Source of the DNA: Eledone cirrhosa
Taxonomy: Eukaryota
Length of the DNA: 64,000 nucleotides
Assembly: GCA_964016885.1 (NCBI GenBank)
Contig: OZ024751.1
Location: 806,001 to 870,000 of the forward strand
Direction: 5' to 3'
Numbering within the stretch: position 1 is the first letter of the stretch; each line of letters begins with the position of its first letter. Position numbers and translations under genes: made by a program. Below, piece by piece: positions 1-13,260 of this stretch. The notes beneath the pieces were generated by a model. It did not search any database and was not told the DNA's origin. It saw only the letters and a program-made list of their open reading frames with translations.

Positions 1-3000
1 TTAACAATATTGGTATATTAATGTTGGTCTATTAGTGTTGGTATATTAGTGTTGGTATATTAGTGTTGGTATATTAGTGTTGTTTTAATAATATTGGTAT
101 ATTAATGTTGGTATATTAATGTTGGCATATTAGTGTTGGTATATTAGTGTTGGTATATTAATGTTGGTATATTAGTGTTGGGATATTAATGTAGGTATAT
201 TAGTGTTGGTATATTAGAGTTGGTATATTAGTGTTGGTATATTAATGTTGCTATATTAGTGTTGGTATGTTAGTGTTGGTATATTAGTGTTGCTATATTA
301 GTGTTGGTATATTAATATTGGTATATTAGTGTTGGTATATTAGTGTTGGTATATTACTGTTGGTATATTAATGTTATAATAATGTTGGTATATTACTGTT
401 GGTATATTAATGTTGGTATATTAGTGTTGGTATATTAATGTTGGTATATTAATGTTGTTATATTAGTGTTGGTATATTAATGTTGGTATATTAGTGTTGG
501 TATATTAGTGTTGTTTTAATAATGTTGGTATATTAGGGTTGGTATATTACTGTTGGTATATTAATGTTATATTAATGTTGGTATATTACTGTTGGTATAT
601 TAGTTTTGGTATATTAATGTTGGTATATTAGTGTTGGTATGTTAATGTTGGTGTATTAGTGTTGGTATATTAATGTGGTTATATTAGTGTTGGTATATTA
701 ATGTTGGTATATTAGTGTTGGTATATTAGAGTTGGTATATTAGTGTTGGTGTATTAATGTTGCTATATTAGTGTAGGTATATTAATGTTGGTATATTAGT
801 GTCGGTATATTAATGTTGGTATATAAATGTTGTTATATAAGTGTTGGTATATAAATGTTGGTATATTAGTGTTGGTATATTACTGTTGGTATATTAGTGT
901 TGGTATATTAGTGTTGGTATTTTAGTGTTGCTATATTAGTGTTGCTATATCAGTGTTGGTATATTAGTGTTGGTATATTAGTGTTGGTATATTAGTTTTT
1001 GTATATTAATGTTGGTATATTAGTGTTGGTATATTAATGTTCGTATATTAATGTTGTTATATTAGTGTTGGTATATTAATGTTGGTATATTAGTGTTGGT
1101 ATATTAGTGTTGGTATATTAGTGTTGTTTTAATAATATTGGTATATTAATGTTGGTATATTAATATTAGCATACTAATGTTGGTATATTAGTGTTGGTAT
1201 ATCAGTGTTGGTATATTAATGTGGGTATATTAGTGTTGGTATATTAATGTGGGTATATTAGTGTTGGTATGTTAATGTTGGTATATTAGTGTTGGTATAT
1301 TAGAGTTGGTATATTAGTGTTGGTATATTAATGTTGCTATATTAGTGTAGGTATATTAATGTTGGTATATTAGTGTCGGTATATTAATGTTGGTATATAA
1401 ATGTTGTTATATTAGTGTTGGTATATAAATGTTGGTATATTAGTGTTGGTATATTACTGTTGGTATATTAGTGTTGTTTTAATAATATTGGTATATTAAT
1501 GTTGCTATATTAGTGTTGCTATATTAATGTTAGTATATTATTGTTGGTATATTAAGGTTGGTATATTAATGTTGATATATTAATGTTGCTATATTAATGT
1601 TGGAATATTGTTGGTATATTAATGTTGGTATATTAATGGTAGGTATATTAGTGTTGGTATATTATTGTTGGTATATTAGTGTTGGTATATTAATGTTGGT
1701 ATGTTAGTGTTGGTATATAAATTTTGGTATATTAGTGTTGGTATATTATTGGTATATTAATGTTTGTATATTAATGTTGGTATATTAGTGTTGGTATATT
1801 AATGTTGGTATATTAATGTTGGTATATTAGTGTTGGTATATTAGTGTTGGTATATTAGTGTTGGTATATTTATGTTGCTATATTAGTGTTATATATTAAT
1901 GTTGGTACATTAGTGTTGGTATATTAATGATGGTATATTATTGTTGGTATATTCGTGTTGGTATAGTAATGTTGGTATATTAGTGTTGGTATATTAATAC
2001 TGGTATATTAGTGTTGGAATATTAGTGATGTTTTATTAATATTGGTATATTAATGTTGGTATATTAGTGTTGGTATATTAGTATTGGTATATTAATGTTG
2101 GTATATTAATGTTGGTATATTAACGTTGGTATAATAATGTTGGTACATTAGAGTTGGTATATTAGGGTTGGTATAGGAGTGTTGGTATATTAACGTGGGT
2201 ATATTAGTGTTGTTATATTAATGTTCGTATATTAGTGTTGGTATATTAGTGTTGGTATATTAATGTTGGTATATTAGTGTTGGTATATTAGTGTTGTTTT
2301 AATAATATTGGTATATTAATGTTGGTCTATTTGTGTTGGTATATTAATGTTGGTATATTAGTGTTGGTATATTAGTGTTGTGTTAATAATATTGGTATAT
2401 TAATGTTGGTATATTAATGTTGGCATATTAGTGTTGGTATATTAGTGTTGGTATATTAATGTTGGTATATTAGTGTTGGTATATTAATGTAGGTATATTA
2501 GTGTTGGTATATTAGTGTTGGTATATTAGTGTTGGCATATTAATGTTGCTATATTAGTGTTGGTATATTAGTGTTGGTATATTAGCGTTGATATATTAAT
2601 GTTGCTATATTAGTGTTGCTATATTAATGTTGGTATATTACTGTTGGTATATTAATGTTATATTAATGTTGGTATATTACTGTTGGTATATTAGTTTTGG
2701 TATATTAATGTTGGTATATTAGTGTTGGTATATTAATGTTGGTATATTAATGTTGTTATATTAGTGTTGGTATATTAATGTTGGTATATTAGTGTTGGTA
2801 TATTAGTGTTGTTTTAATAATGTTGGTATATTAGTGTTGGTATATTAGTGTTGTTTTAATAATATTGGTATATTAATGTTGGTATATTAATGTTGGCATA
2901 CTAATGTTGGTATATTAGTGTTGGTATATTAGAGTTGGTATATTAGTGTTGGTATATTAATGTTGCTATATTAGTGTTGGTATATTAGTGTTGGTATATT

Positions 3001-6000
3001 AGTGTTGGTATAGTAGTGTTGGTATATTAATGTTGCTATATTAGTGTTGGTATATTAATGTTGGTATATTAGTGTTGGTATATTAGTGTTGGTATATTAG
3101 TGTTGGTATATTAATGTTGGTATATTAGTTTTGGTATATTAATGTTGGTATATTAGTGTCGGTATATTAATGTTCGTATATAAATGTTGTTATATTAGTG
3201 TTGGTATATAAATGTTGGTATATTAGTGTTGGTATATTAGTATTGGTATATTAGTGTTGGTATATTAGTGTTGGTATATTAATGTTGGTATATTAATGTT
3301 GGTATATTACTGTTGGTATATTAGTGTTGTTTTAATAATATTGGTATATTAATGTTGATATATTAATGTTGGTATATTATTGTTGGTATATTAATGTTGA
3401 TATATTAATGTTGCTATATTAATGTTGGAATATTGTTGGTATATTAATGTTGGTATATTAATGGTAGGTATATTAGTGTTGGTATATTATTGTTGGTATA
3501 TTAGTGTTGGTATATTAATGTTGGTATGTTAGTGTTGGTATATAAATTTTGGTATATTAGTGTTGGTATATTATTGGTATATTAATGTTTGTATATTAAT
3601 GTTGGTATATTAGTGTTGGTATATTAATGTTGGCATATTAATGTTGGTATATTAGTGTTGGTATATTAGTGTTGGTATATTAATGTTGGTATATTTATAT
3701 TGCTATATTAGTGTTGGTATGTTAGTGTTGGTATATTTATGTTGCTATATTAGTGTTATATATTAATGTTGGTACATTAGTGTTGGAATATTAGTGATGT
3801 TTTAATAATATTGGTATATTAATGTTGGTATATTAGTGTTGGTATATTAGTGTTGGTACATTAATGTTTGTATATTAGTGTTGATATATAATTGTTGGTA
3901 TATTAATGTTGGTATATTAGTGTTGGTATATTAGTGTTGTTTTAATAATATATGTATATTAATGTTGGTATATTAGTGTTGGTATATTAATTTGGGTATA
4001 TTAGTGTTGGTATATTAATATTGGTATATTAATGTGGGTATATTAGTGTTGGTATATATGTGTTGTTTTAATAATATTGGTATATTAGTGTTGGTATATT
4101 AATGTTGGTATATTAGTGTTGGTATATTAATGCTGTTAGATTAGTGTCGGTATATTAGTGATGGTATATTAATGTTCGTATATTACTGTTGGTATATTGT
4201 TGCTATATTAGTGTTGGTATGTTAGTGTTGGTATATTAGTGTTGCTATATTAATGTTGGTATATTAATGTTGGTATATTAATGTTGCTATATTAATTTTG
4301 CTATATTAATGTTGGTATATTAGTGTTGGTATATTAACGTTGGTATATTTATATTGGTATATTCGTGTTGGTATATTAATGTTGGTATGTTAATGTTGGT
4401 ATATTATTCTTGGTATAATAGTTTGGTATATTAATGTTGGTATATTAGTGTTGGTATATTAGTGTTGGTATATTAGTGTTGTTTTAATAATATTGGTATA
4501 TTAATGTTGCTGTATTAGTGTTGCTATATTAATGTCGGTATATTATTGTTGGTATATTAATGTTGGTATATTAATTTTGAAATATTAATGTTGCTATATT
4601 AATGTTGGAATATTGTTGGTATATTAATGTTGGTATATTAATGTTATGTATATTAGTGTTGGTATATTAGTGTTGGTATATTAATGTTGGGATATCAGTG
4701 TTGGTATATAAATTTTGGTATATTAGTGTTGGTATATTATTGGTATATTAATGTTTGTATATTAATGTTGGTATATTAATGTTGGTATATTAATGTTGGT
4801 ATATTAATGTTGGTATATTAGTGTTGGTATATTAATGTTGGTACATTAGTGTTGGTATATTAATGATGGTATATTATTGCTGGTATATTCGTGTAGGTAT
4901 AGTAATGTTGGTATATTAGTGTTGGTATAGTAATACTGGTATATTAGTGTTGGAATATTAATGATGTTTTAATAATATTGGTATATTAATGTTGGTATAT
5001 TAGTGTTGGTATATTAGTGTTGGTATATTAATGTTGGTATATTAATGTTGGTATATTAACGTTGGTATAATAGTGTTGGTATATTAGTGTTGTTTTAATA
5101 ATATTGGTATATTAATGTTGGTATATTAATGTTGGCATATTAATATTGGTATATTAGAGTTGGTATATTAGGGTTGGTATATTAGTGTAGGTATATTAGT
5201 GTTGTTTTAATAATATATGTATATTAATGTTGGTATATTAGTGTTGGTATATTAAATTGGGTATATTAGTGTTGGTATATTAATATTGGTATATTAATGT
5301 GGGTATATTAGTGTTGATATATAATTGTTGGTATATTAATGTTGGTATATTAGTGTTGGTATATTAGTGTTGTTTTAATAATATATGTATATTAATGTTG
5401 GTATATTAGTGTTGGTATATTAATTTGGGTATATTAGTGTTGGTATATTAATATTGGTATATTAATGTGGATATATTAGTGTTGGTATATATGTGTTGTT
5501 TTAATAATATTGGTATATTAGTGTTGGTATATTAATGTTGGTATATTAGTGTTGGTATATTAATGTTGTTAGATTAGTGTCGGTATATTAGTGATGGTAT
5601 ATTAATGTTGCTATATTAATTTTGCTATATTAATGTTGGTATATTAGTGTTGGTATATTAACGTTGGTATATTTATATTGGTATATTCGTGTTGGTATAT
5701 TAATGTTGGTATATTAATGTTGGTATATTAATGCTGGTATATTAGCGTTGGTATATTAATGTTGGTATATTAGTGTTGTTTTAATAATATTGGTATATTA
5801 ATGTTGGTATATTAGTGTTGGTATATTAATGTTGGTATATTAGTGTTGGTATAATAGTGTTGGTATATTAATGTTGGTATATTAATGTTGTTATATTAGT
5901 GTTGGTATATTAATGTTGGTATATTAGTGTTGGTATATTAGTGTTGTTTTAATAATGTTGGTATATTAGTGTTGGTATATTACTGTTGGTATATTAATGT

Positions 6001-9000
6001 TATATTAATGTTGGTTTATTACTGTTCGTATATTAATTTTGGTATATTAATGTTGGTATATTAGTGTTGGTATATTAATGTTGGTATATTAGTGTTGGTA
6101 TATTAGTGTTGGTATATTACTGTTGGTATATTAATGTTATATTAATGTTGGTATATTACTGCTGGTATATTAGTTTTGGTAAATTAATGTTGGTATATTA
6201 GTGTTGGTATATTAATGTTGGTATATTAATGTTGGTATATTAGTGTTGGTATATTAATGTTGGTATATTAGTGTTGGTATATTCGTGTTGGTATAGTAAT
6301 GTTGGTATATTAGTGTTGGTATATTAATACTGGTATATTAGTGTTGGAATATTAGTGTTTTAATAATATTGGTATATTAATGTTGGTATATTAGTGTTGT
6401 TTTAATAATATTGGTATATTAAAGTTGCTATATTAATGTTGGTATATTAGTGTTGGTATATTAATGTTGGTATATTAGTGTTTATATATTAGTGTTGGTA
6501 TATTAGTGTATTTTAATAATATTGGCATATTAATGTTGGTATATTAATGTTGGCATATTAATGTTGGTATATTAGTGTTGGTATATTAGTGTAGGTATAT
6601 TAATGTTGGTATACTAGTGTTGGTATATTAATGTGGGTATATTAATGTTGGTATATTAGTTTTGGTATATTAGTGTTGGTATATTAATGTTGCTATATTA
6701 GAGTTGGTATATTAATGTTGGTATATTAGTGTTGGTATATTAGTGTTGGTATATTAGTGTTGGTATATTAGTCTTGTTTAAATAATATTGGTATATTACT
6801 GTTGGTATATTAGTGTTGGTATATTAATGTTGGTATATTAGTGTTGATATATTAGTGTTGTTTTAATAATATTGGTATATTAATGTTGTTATATTAGTGT
6901 TTATATATAATTGTTGGTATATTAATGTTGGTATATTACTGTTTGTATATTAGTGTTGTTTTAATAATATTGGTATATTAATGTTGGTATATTAATGTCG
7001 GTATATTAGTGTTGGTATATTAGTGTTGTTTTAATAATATTGGTATATTAATGTTGGTCTATTAGTGTTGGTATATTAGTGTTGGTATATTAGTGTTGGT
7101 ATATTAATGTTGGGATATCAGTGTTGGTATATAAATTTTGGTATATTAGTGTTGGTATATTATTGGTATATTAATGTTGGTATATTAATGTTGGTATATT
7201 AGTGTTGGTATATTAATGTTGGTATATTAATGTTGGTATATTAATGTTGGTATATTAGTGTTGGTATATTAATGTTGGTACATTAGTGTTGGTATATTAA
7301 TGATGGTATATTATTGCTGGTATATTCGTGTAGGTATAGTAATGTTGGTATATTAGTGTTGGTATAGTAATACTGGTATATTAGTGTCGGAATATTAATG
7401 ATGTTTTAATAATATTGGTATATTAATGTTGGTATATTAGTGTGGTATATTAGTGTTGGTACATTAATGTTGGTATATTAACGTTGGTATAATAGTGTTG
7501 GTATATTAGTGTTGTTTTAATAATATTAGTATATTAATGTTGGTATATTAATGTTGGCATATTAATATTGGTATATTAGAGTTGGTATATTAATATTGGT
7601 ATAATAATGTGGGTATATTAGTGTTGATATATAATTGTTGGTATATTAATGTTGGTATATTAGTGTTGGTATATTAGTGTTGTTTTAATAATATATGTAT
7701 ATTAATGTTGGTATATTAGTGTTGGTATATTAATTTGGGTATATTAGTGTTGGTATATTAATATTGGTATATTAATGTGGATATATTAGTGTTGGTATAT
7801 ATGTGTTGTTTTAATAATATTGGTATATTAGTGTTGGTATATTAATGTTGGTATATTAGTGTTGGTATATTAATGTTGTTAGATTAGTGTCGGTATATTA
7901 GTGATGGTATATTAATGTTCGTATATTACTGTTGGTATATTGTTGCTATATTATTGTTGGTATATTAGTGTTGCTATATTAATGTTGGTATATTAATGTT
8001 GGTATATTAATGTTGCTATATTAATTTTGCTATATTAATGTTGGTATATTAGTGTTAGTATATTAACGTTGGTATATTTATATTGGTATATTCGTGTTGG
8101 TATATTAATGTTGGTATATTAATGTTGGTATATTAATGCTGGTATATTAGTGTTGGTATATTAATGTTGGTATATTAGTGTTGTTTTAATAATATTGGTA
8201 TATTAATGTTGGTATATTAGTGTTGGTATATTAATGTTGGTATATTAGTGTTGGTATAATAGTGTTGGTATATTAATGTTGGTATATTAATGTTGTTATA
8301 TTAGTGTTTATATATAATTGTTGGTATATTAATGTTGGTATATTACTGTTTGTATATTAGTGTTGTTTTAATAATATTGGTATATTAATGTTGGTATATT
8401 AATATTAGTATGTTAGTGTTGGTATATTAATGTTGGTATATTAGTGTTGTTTTAATAATATTTGTATATTAATGTTGGTATATTAGTGTTGGTATATTAG
8501 TGTTGGGATATTAATGTAGGTATATTAGTGTTGGTATATTAGTGTTGGTATATTAATATTAGTATGTTAGTGTTGGTATATTAATGTTGGTATATTAGTG
8601 TTGTTTTAATAATATTTGTATATTAATGTTGGTATATTAGTGTTGGTATATTAATGTTGGTATATTAATGTTGGTATATTATTCTTGGTATAATAGTTTG
8701 GTATATTAATGTCGGTATATTAGTGTTGGTATATTAGTGTTGTTTTAACAATATTGGTATATTAATGTTGGTCTATTAGTGTTGGTATATTAGTGTTGGT
8801 ATATTAGTGTTGGTATATTAGTGTTGGTATATTAATATTCGTATATTAGTGTTGGTATATTAGTGTTGGTATATTAGTGTTGGGATATTAATGTAGGTAT
8901 ATTAGTGTTGGTATATTAGTGTTGGTATATTAATATTAGTATGTTAGTGTTGGTATATTAATGTTGGTATATTAGTGTTGTTTTAATAATATTTGTATAT

Positions 9001-9121
9001 TAATGTTGGTATATTAGTGTTGGTATATTAATGTTGGTATATTAATGTTGGTATATTATTCTTGGTATAATAGTTTGGTATATTAATGTCGGTATATTAG
9101 TGTTGGTATATTAGTGTTGTT
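1..9121. repeat. ~9.1-kb higher-order unit whose variant order is repeated, with internal expansions, from 9122 to ~26300
   Basis: TTAACAATATTGG...GGTCTATT starts at 1 and again at 9122 (offset 9121), followed by the same order of variants (GGGATATTAATGTAGG, TTAGCATACTAAT, AATGGTAGG, ATAAATTTTGG, TATAGGAG). Approximate matches: 2.2-4.4 kb to 13.25-16.2 kb, 4.4-7.55 kb to 19.65-22.9 kb, 7.55-9.0 kb to 25.0-26.3 kb. Confidence 0.8.
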
Positions 9122-9200
9122 TTAACAATATTGGTATATTAATGTTGGTCTATTAGTGTTGGTATATTAGTGTTGGTATATTAGTGTTGGTATATTAGTG
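8495..9200. repeat. Local 377-bp tandem duplication (~27 monomers)
   Basis: The C of TTTTAACAAT lies at 8749 and 9126. ATTCTTGGTATAATAGTTTGG and AATATTAGTATGTTAG are each repeated at the same offset. Confidence 0.8.
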
Positions 9201-9419
9201 TTGTTTTAATAATATTGGTATATTAATGTTGGTATATTAATGTTGGCATATTAGTGTTGGTATATTAGTGTTGGTATATTAATGTTGGTATATTAGTGTT
9301 GGGATATTAATGTAGGTATATTAGTGTTGGTATATTAGAGTTGGTATATTAGTGTTGGTATATTAATGTTGCTATATTAGTGTTGGTATGTTAGTGTTGG
9401 TATATTAGTGTTGCTATAT

Positions 9420-12400
9420 TAGTGTTGGTATATTAATATTGGTATATTAGTGTTGGTATATTAGTGTTGGTATATTACTGTTGGTATATTAATGTTATAT
9501 TAATGTTGGTATATTACTGTTGGTATATTAATGTTGGTATATTAGTGTTGGTATATTTATGTTGGTATATTAATGTTGTTATATTAGTGTTGGTATATTA
9601 ATGTTGGTATATTAGTGTTGGTATATTAGTGTTGTTTTAATAATGTTGGTATATTAGGGTTGGTATATTACTGTTGGTATATTAATGTTATATTAATGTT
9701 GGTATATTACTGTTGGTATATTAGTTTTGGTATATTAATGTTGGTATATTAGTGTTGGTATATTAATGTTGGTGTATTAGTGTTGGTATATTAATGTGGG
9801 TATATTAGTGTTGGTATATTAATGTTGGTATATTAGTGTTGGTATATTAGAGTTGGTATATTAGTGTTGGTGTATTAATGTTGCTATATTAGTGTAGGTA
9901 TATTAATGTTGGTATATTAGTGTCGGTATATTAATGTTGGTATATAAATGTTGTTATATTAGTGTTGGTATATAAATGTCGGTATATTAGTGTTGGTATA
10001 TTACTGTTGGTATATTAGTGTTGGTATATTAGTGTTGGTATTTTAGTGTTGCTATATTAGTGTTGCTATATTAGTGTTGGTATATTAGTGTTGGTATATT
10101 AGTGTTGGTATATTAGTGTTGGTATATTAGTTTTGGTATATTAATGTTGGTATATTAGTGTTGGTATATTAATGTTCGTATATTAATGTTGTTATATTAG
10201 TGTTGGTATATTAATGTTGGTATATTAGTGTTGGTATATTAGTGTTGGTATATTAGTGTTGTTTTAATAATATTGGTATATTAATGTTGGTATATTAATA
10301 TTAGCATACTAATGTTGGTATATTAGTGTTGGTATATCAGTGTTGGTATATTAATGTGGGTATATTAGTGTTGGTATATTAATGTGGGTATATTAGTGTT
10401 GGTATGTTAATGTTGGTATATTAGTGTTGGTATATTAGAGTTGGTATATTAGTGTTGGTATATTAATGTTGCTATATTAGTGTAGGTATATTAATGTTGG
10501 TATATTAGTGTCGGTATATTAATGTTGGTATATTAGTGTTGGTATATTACTGTTGGTATATTAGTGTTGTTTTAATAATATTGGTATATTAATGTTGCTA
10601 TATTAGTGTTGCTATATTAATGTTAGTATATTATTGTTGGTATATTAAGGTTGGTATATTAATGTTGATATATTAATGTTGCTATATTAATGTTGGAATA
10701 TTGTTGGTATATTAATGGTAGGTATATTAGTGTTGGTATATTATTGTTGGTATATTAGTGTTGGTATATTAATGTTGGTATGTTAGTGTTGGTATATAAA
10801 TTTTGGTATATTAGTGTTGGTATATTATTGGTATATTAATGTTTGTATATTAATGTTGGTATATTAATGTTGGTATATTAATGTTGGTATATTAGTGTTG
10901 GTATATTAGTGTTGGTATATTAGTGTTGGTATATTTATGTTGATATATTAGTGTTATATATTAATGTTGGTACATTAGTGTTGGTATATTAATGATGGTA
11001 TATTATTGTTCGTATATTCGTGTTGGTATAGTAATGTTGGTATATTAGTGTTGGTATATTAATACTGGTATATTAGTGTTGGAATATTAGTGATGTTTTA
11101 TTAATATTGGTATATTAATGTTGGTATATTAGTGTTGGTATATTAGTATTGGTATATTAATGTTGGTATATTAATGTTGGTATATTAACGTTGGTATAAT
11201 AATGTTGGTATATTAGAGTTGGTATATTAGGGTTGGTATAGGAGTGTAGGTATATTAACGTGGGTATATTAGTGTTGTTATATTAATGTTCGTATATTAG
11301 TGTTGGTATATTAGTGTTGGTATATTAATATTGGTATATTAGTGTTGGTATATTAGTGTTGGTATATTACTGTTGGTATATTAATGTTATATTAATGTTG
11401 GTATATTACTGTTGGTATATTAATGTTGGTATATTAGTGTTGGTATATTTATGTTGGTATATTAATGTTGTTATATTAGTGTTGGTATATTAATGTTGGT
11501 ATATTAGTGTTGGTATATTAGTGTTGTTTTAATAATGTTGGTATATTAGGGTTGGTATATTACTGTTGGTATATTAATGTTATATTAATGTTGGTATATT
11601 ACTGTTGGTATATTAGTTTTGGTATATTAATGTTGGTATATTAGTGTTGGTATATTAATGTTGGTGTATTAGTGTTGGTATATTAATGTGGGTATATTAG
11701 TGTTGGTATATTAATGTTGGTATATTAGTGTTGGTATATTAGAGTTGGTATATTAATGTTGCTATATTAGTGTAGGTATATTAATGTTGGTATATTAGTG
11801 TCGGTATATTAATGTTGGTATATAAATGTTGTTATATTAGTGTTGGTATATAAATGTCGGTATATTAGTGTTGGTATATTACTGTTGGTATATTAGTGTT
11901 GGTATATTAGTGTTGGTATTTTAGTGTTGCTATATTAGTGTTGCTATATTAGTGTTGGTATATTAGTGTTGGTATATTAGTGTTGGTATATTAGTGTTGG
12001 TATATTAGTTTTGGTATATTAATGTTGGTATATTAGTGTTGGTATATTAATGTTCGTATATTAATGTTGTTATATTAGTGTTGGTATATTAATGTTGGTA
12101 TATTAGTGTTGGTATATTAGTGTTGGTATATTAGTGTTGTTTTAATAATATTGGTATATTAATGTTGGTATATTAATATTAGCATACTAATGTTGGTATA
12201 TTAGTGTTGGTATATCAGTGTTGGTATATTAATGTGGGTATATTAGTGTTGGTATATTAATGTGGGTATATTAGTGTTGGTATGTTAATGTTGGTATATT
12301 AGTGTTGGTATATTAGAGTTGGTATATTAGTGTTGGTATATTAATGTTGCTATATTAGTGTAGGTATATTAATGTTGGTATATTAGTGTCGGTATATTAA

Positions 12401-13260
12401 TGTTGGTATATAAATGTTGTTATATTAGTGTTGGTATATAAATGTTGGTATATTAGTGTTGGTATATTACTGTTGGTATATTAGTGTTGTTTTAATAATA
12501 TTGGTATATTAATGTTGCTATATTAGTGTTGCTATATTAATGTTAGTATATTATTGTTGGTATATTAAGGTTGGTATATTAATGTTGATATATTAATGTT
12601 GCTATATTAATGTTGGAATATTGTTGGTATATTAATGTTGGTATATTAATGGTAGGTATATTAGTGTTGGTATATTATTGTTGGTATATTAGTGTTGGTA
12701 TATTAATGTTGGTATGTTAGTGTTGGTATATAAATTTTGGTATATTAGTGTTGGTATATTATTGGTATATTAATGTTTGTATATTAATGTTGGTATATTA
12801 GTGTTGGTATATTAATGTTGGTATATTAATGTTGGTATATTAGTGTTGGTATATTAGTGTTGGTATATTAGTGTTGGTATATTTATGTTGCTATATTAGT
12901 GTTATATATTAATGTTGGTACATTAGTGTTGGTATATTAATGATGGTATATTATTGTTCGTATATTCGTGTTGGTATAGTAATGTTGGTATATTAGTGTT
13001 GGTATATTAATACTGGTATATTAGTGTTGGAATATTAGTGATGTTTTATTAATATTGGTATATTAATGTTGGTATATTAGTGTTGGTATATTAGTATTGG
13101 TATATTAATGTTGGTATATTAATGTTGGTATATTAACGTTGGTATAATAATGTTGGTATATTAGAGTTGGTATATTAGGGTTGGTATAGGAGTGTTGGTA
13201 TATTAACGTGGGTATATTAGTGTTGTTATATTAATGTTCGTATATTAGTGTTGGTATATT
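9420..13260. repeat. ~1.9-kb tandem duplication (~9420-11320 / ~11320-13260)
   Basis: TAAATGTCGG at 9973 and 11851 (offset 1878). GTTCGTATATTCGTG at ~11008 and ~12956 (offset 1948). The offsets differ by whole monomers (70 bp). Confidence 0.85.

Noticed and set aside
2163-2168. TTAGGG vertebrate-type telomere hexamers, here and scattered elsewhere
   Set aside because: They are isolated single-substitution variants of TTAGTG, never tandem.
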